Source: Octopus sinensis (lineage: Eukaryota). From it: a stretch of 64,000 nt of DNA. Below the pieces are notes generated by a model. That model made no database searches. It was not told where the DNA came from and was given only the letters and a program-made list of their open reading frames with translations. Both the position numbers and the translations under genes were made by a program. The DNA lies in NCBI RefSeq assembly GCF_006345805.1, contig NC_042998.1, positions 203,174,001 through 203,238,000 on the forward strand, written 5' to 3'. Positions 63,974 to 64,000 of the stretch are shown here, piece after piece (position 1 is the stretch's first letter; each line of letters opens with the position of its first letter).

Positions 63974-64000
63974 TATATACTAATAGAGAAACAGGTCCGG

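Overview
AT-rich, repeat-saturated eukaryotic DNA. The SINE families and the microsatellite load resemble an Octopus-type cephalopod genome; this is inferred from recalled repeat sequences, not from a database search. No host protein-coding gene can be supported, and most ORF-track entries are translations of microsatellites or SINEs. The window holds dozens of tRNA-derived SINE copies in at least 4 modular families (called A-D here), five decayed Tc1/mariner elements (three mariner-type, two DD37D/maT-type), three Penelope-like (PLE) fragments, RTE and R4/Dong-type non-LTR fragments, non-autonomous Helitrons, foldback MITEs and long micro/minisatellites. The main hidden layer is seven type-I hammerhead ribozyme (HHR) motifs. 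One lies in the 3' part of a tRNA-headed SINE (46716-47232, reconstructed by removing a TSD-flanked RTE insert). Two sit head-to-head in the arms of a 429-bp inverted-repeat element (62582-63010). Two belong to a family sharing a variant catalytic core. Other notable items: a 125-bp templated copy of a local dead transposase, a dimeric SINE that moved as one unit, and a chain of (TAA)n-associated retroelements. Coordinates were counted by hand and may be off by a few bases.
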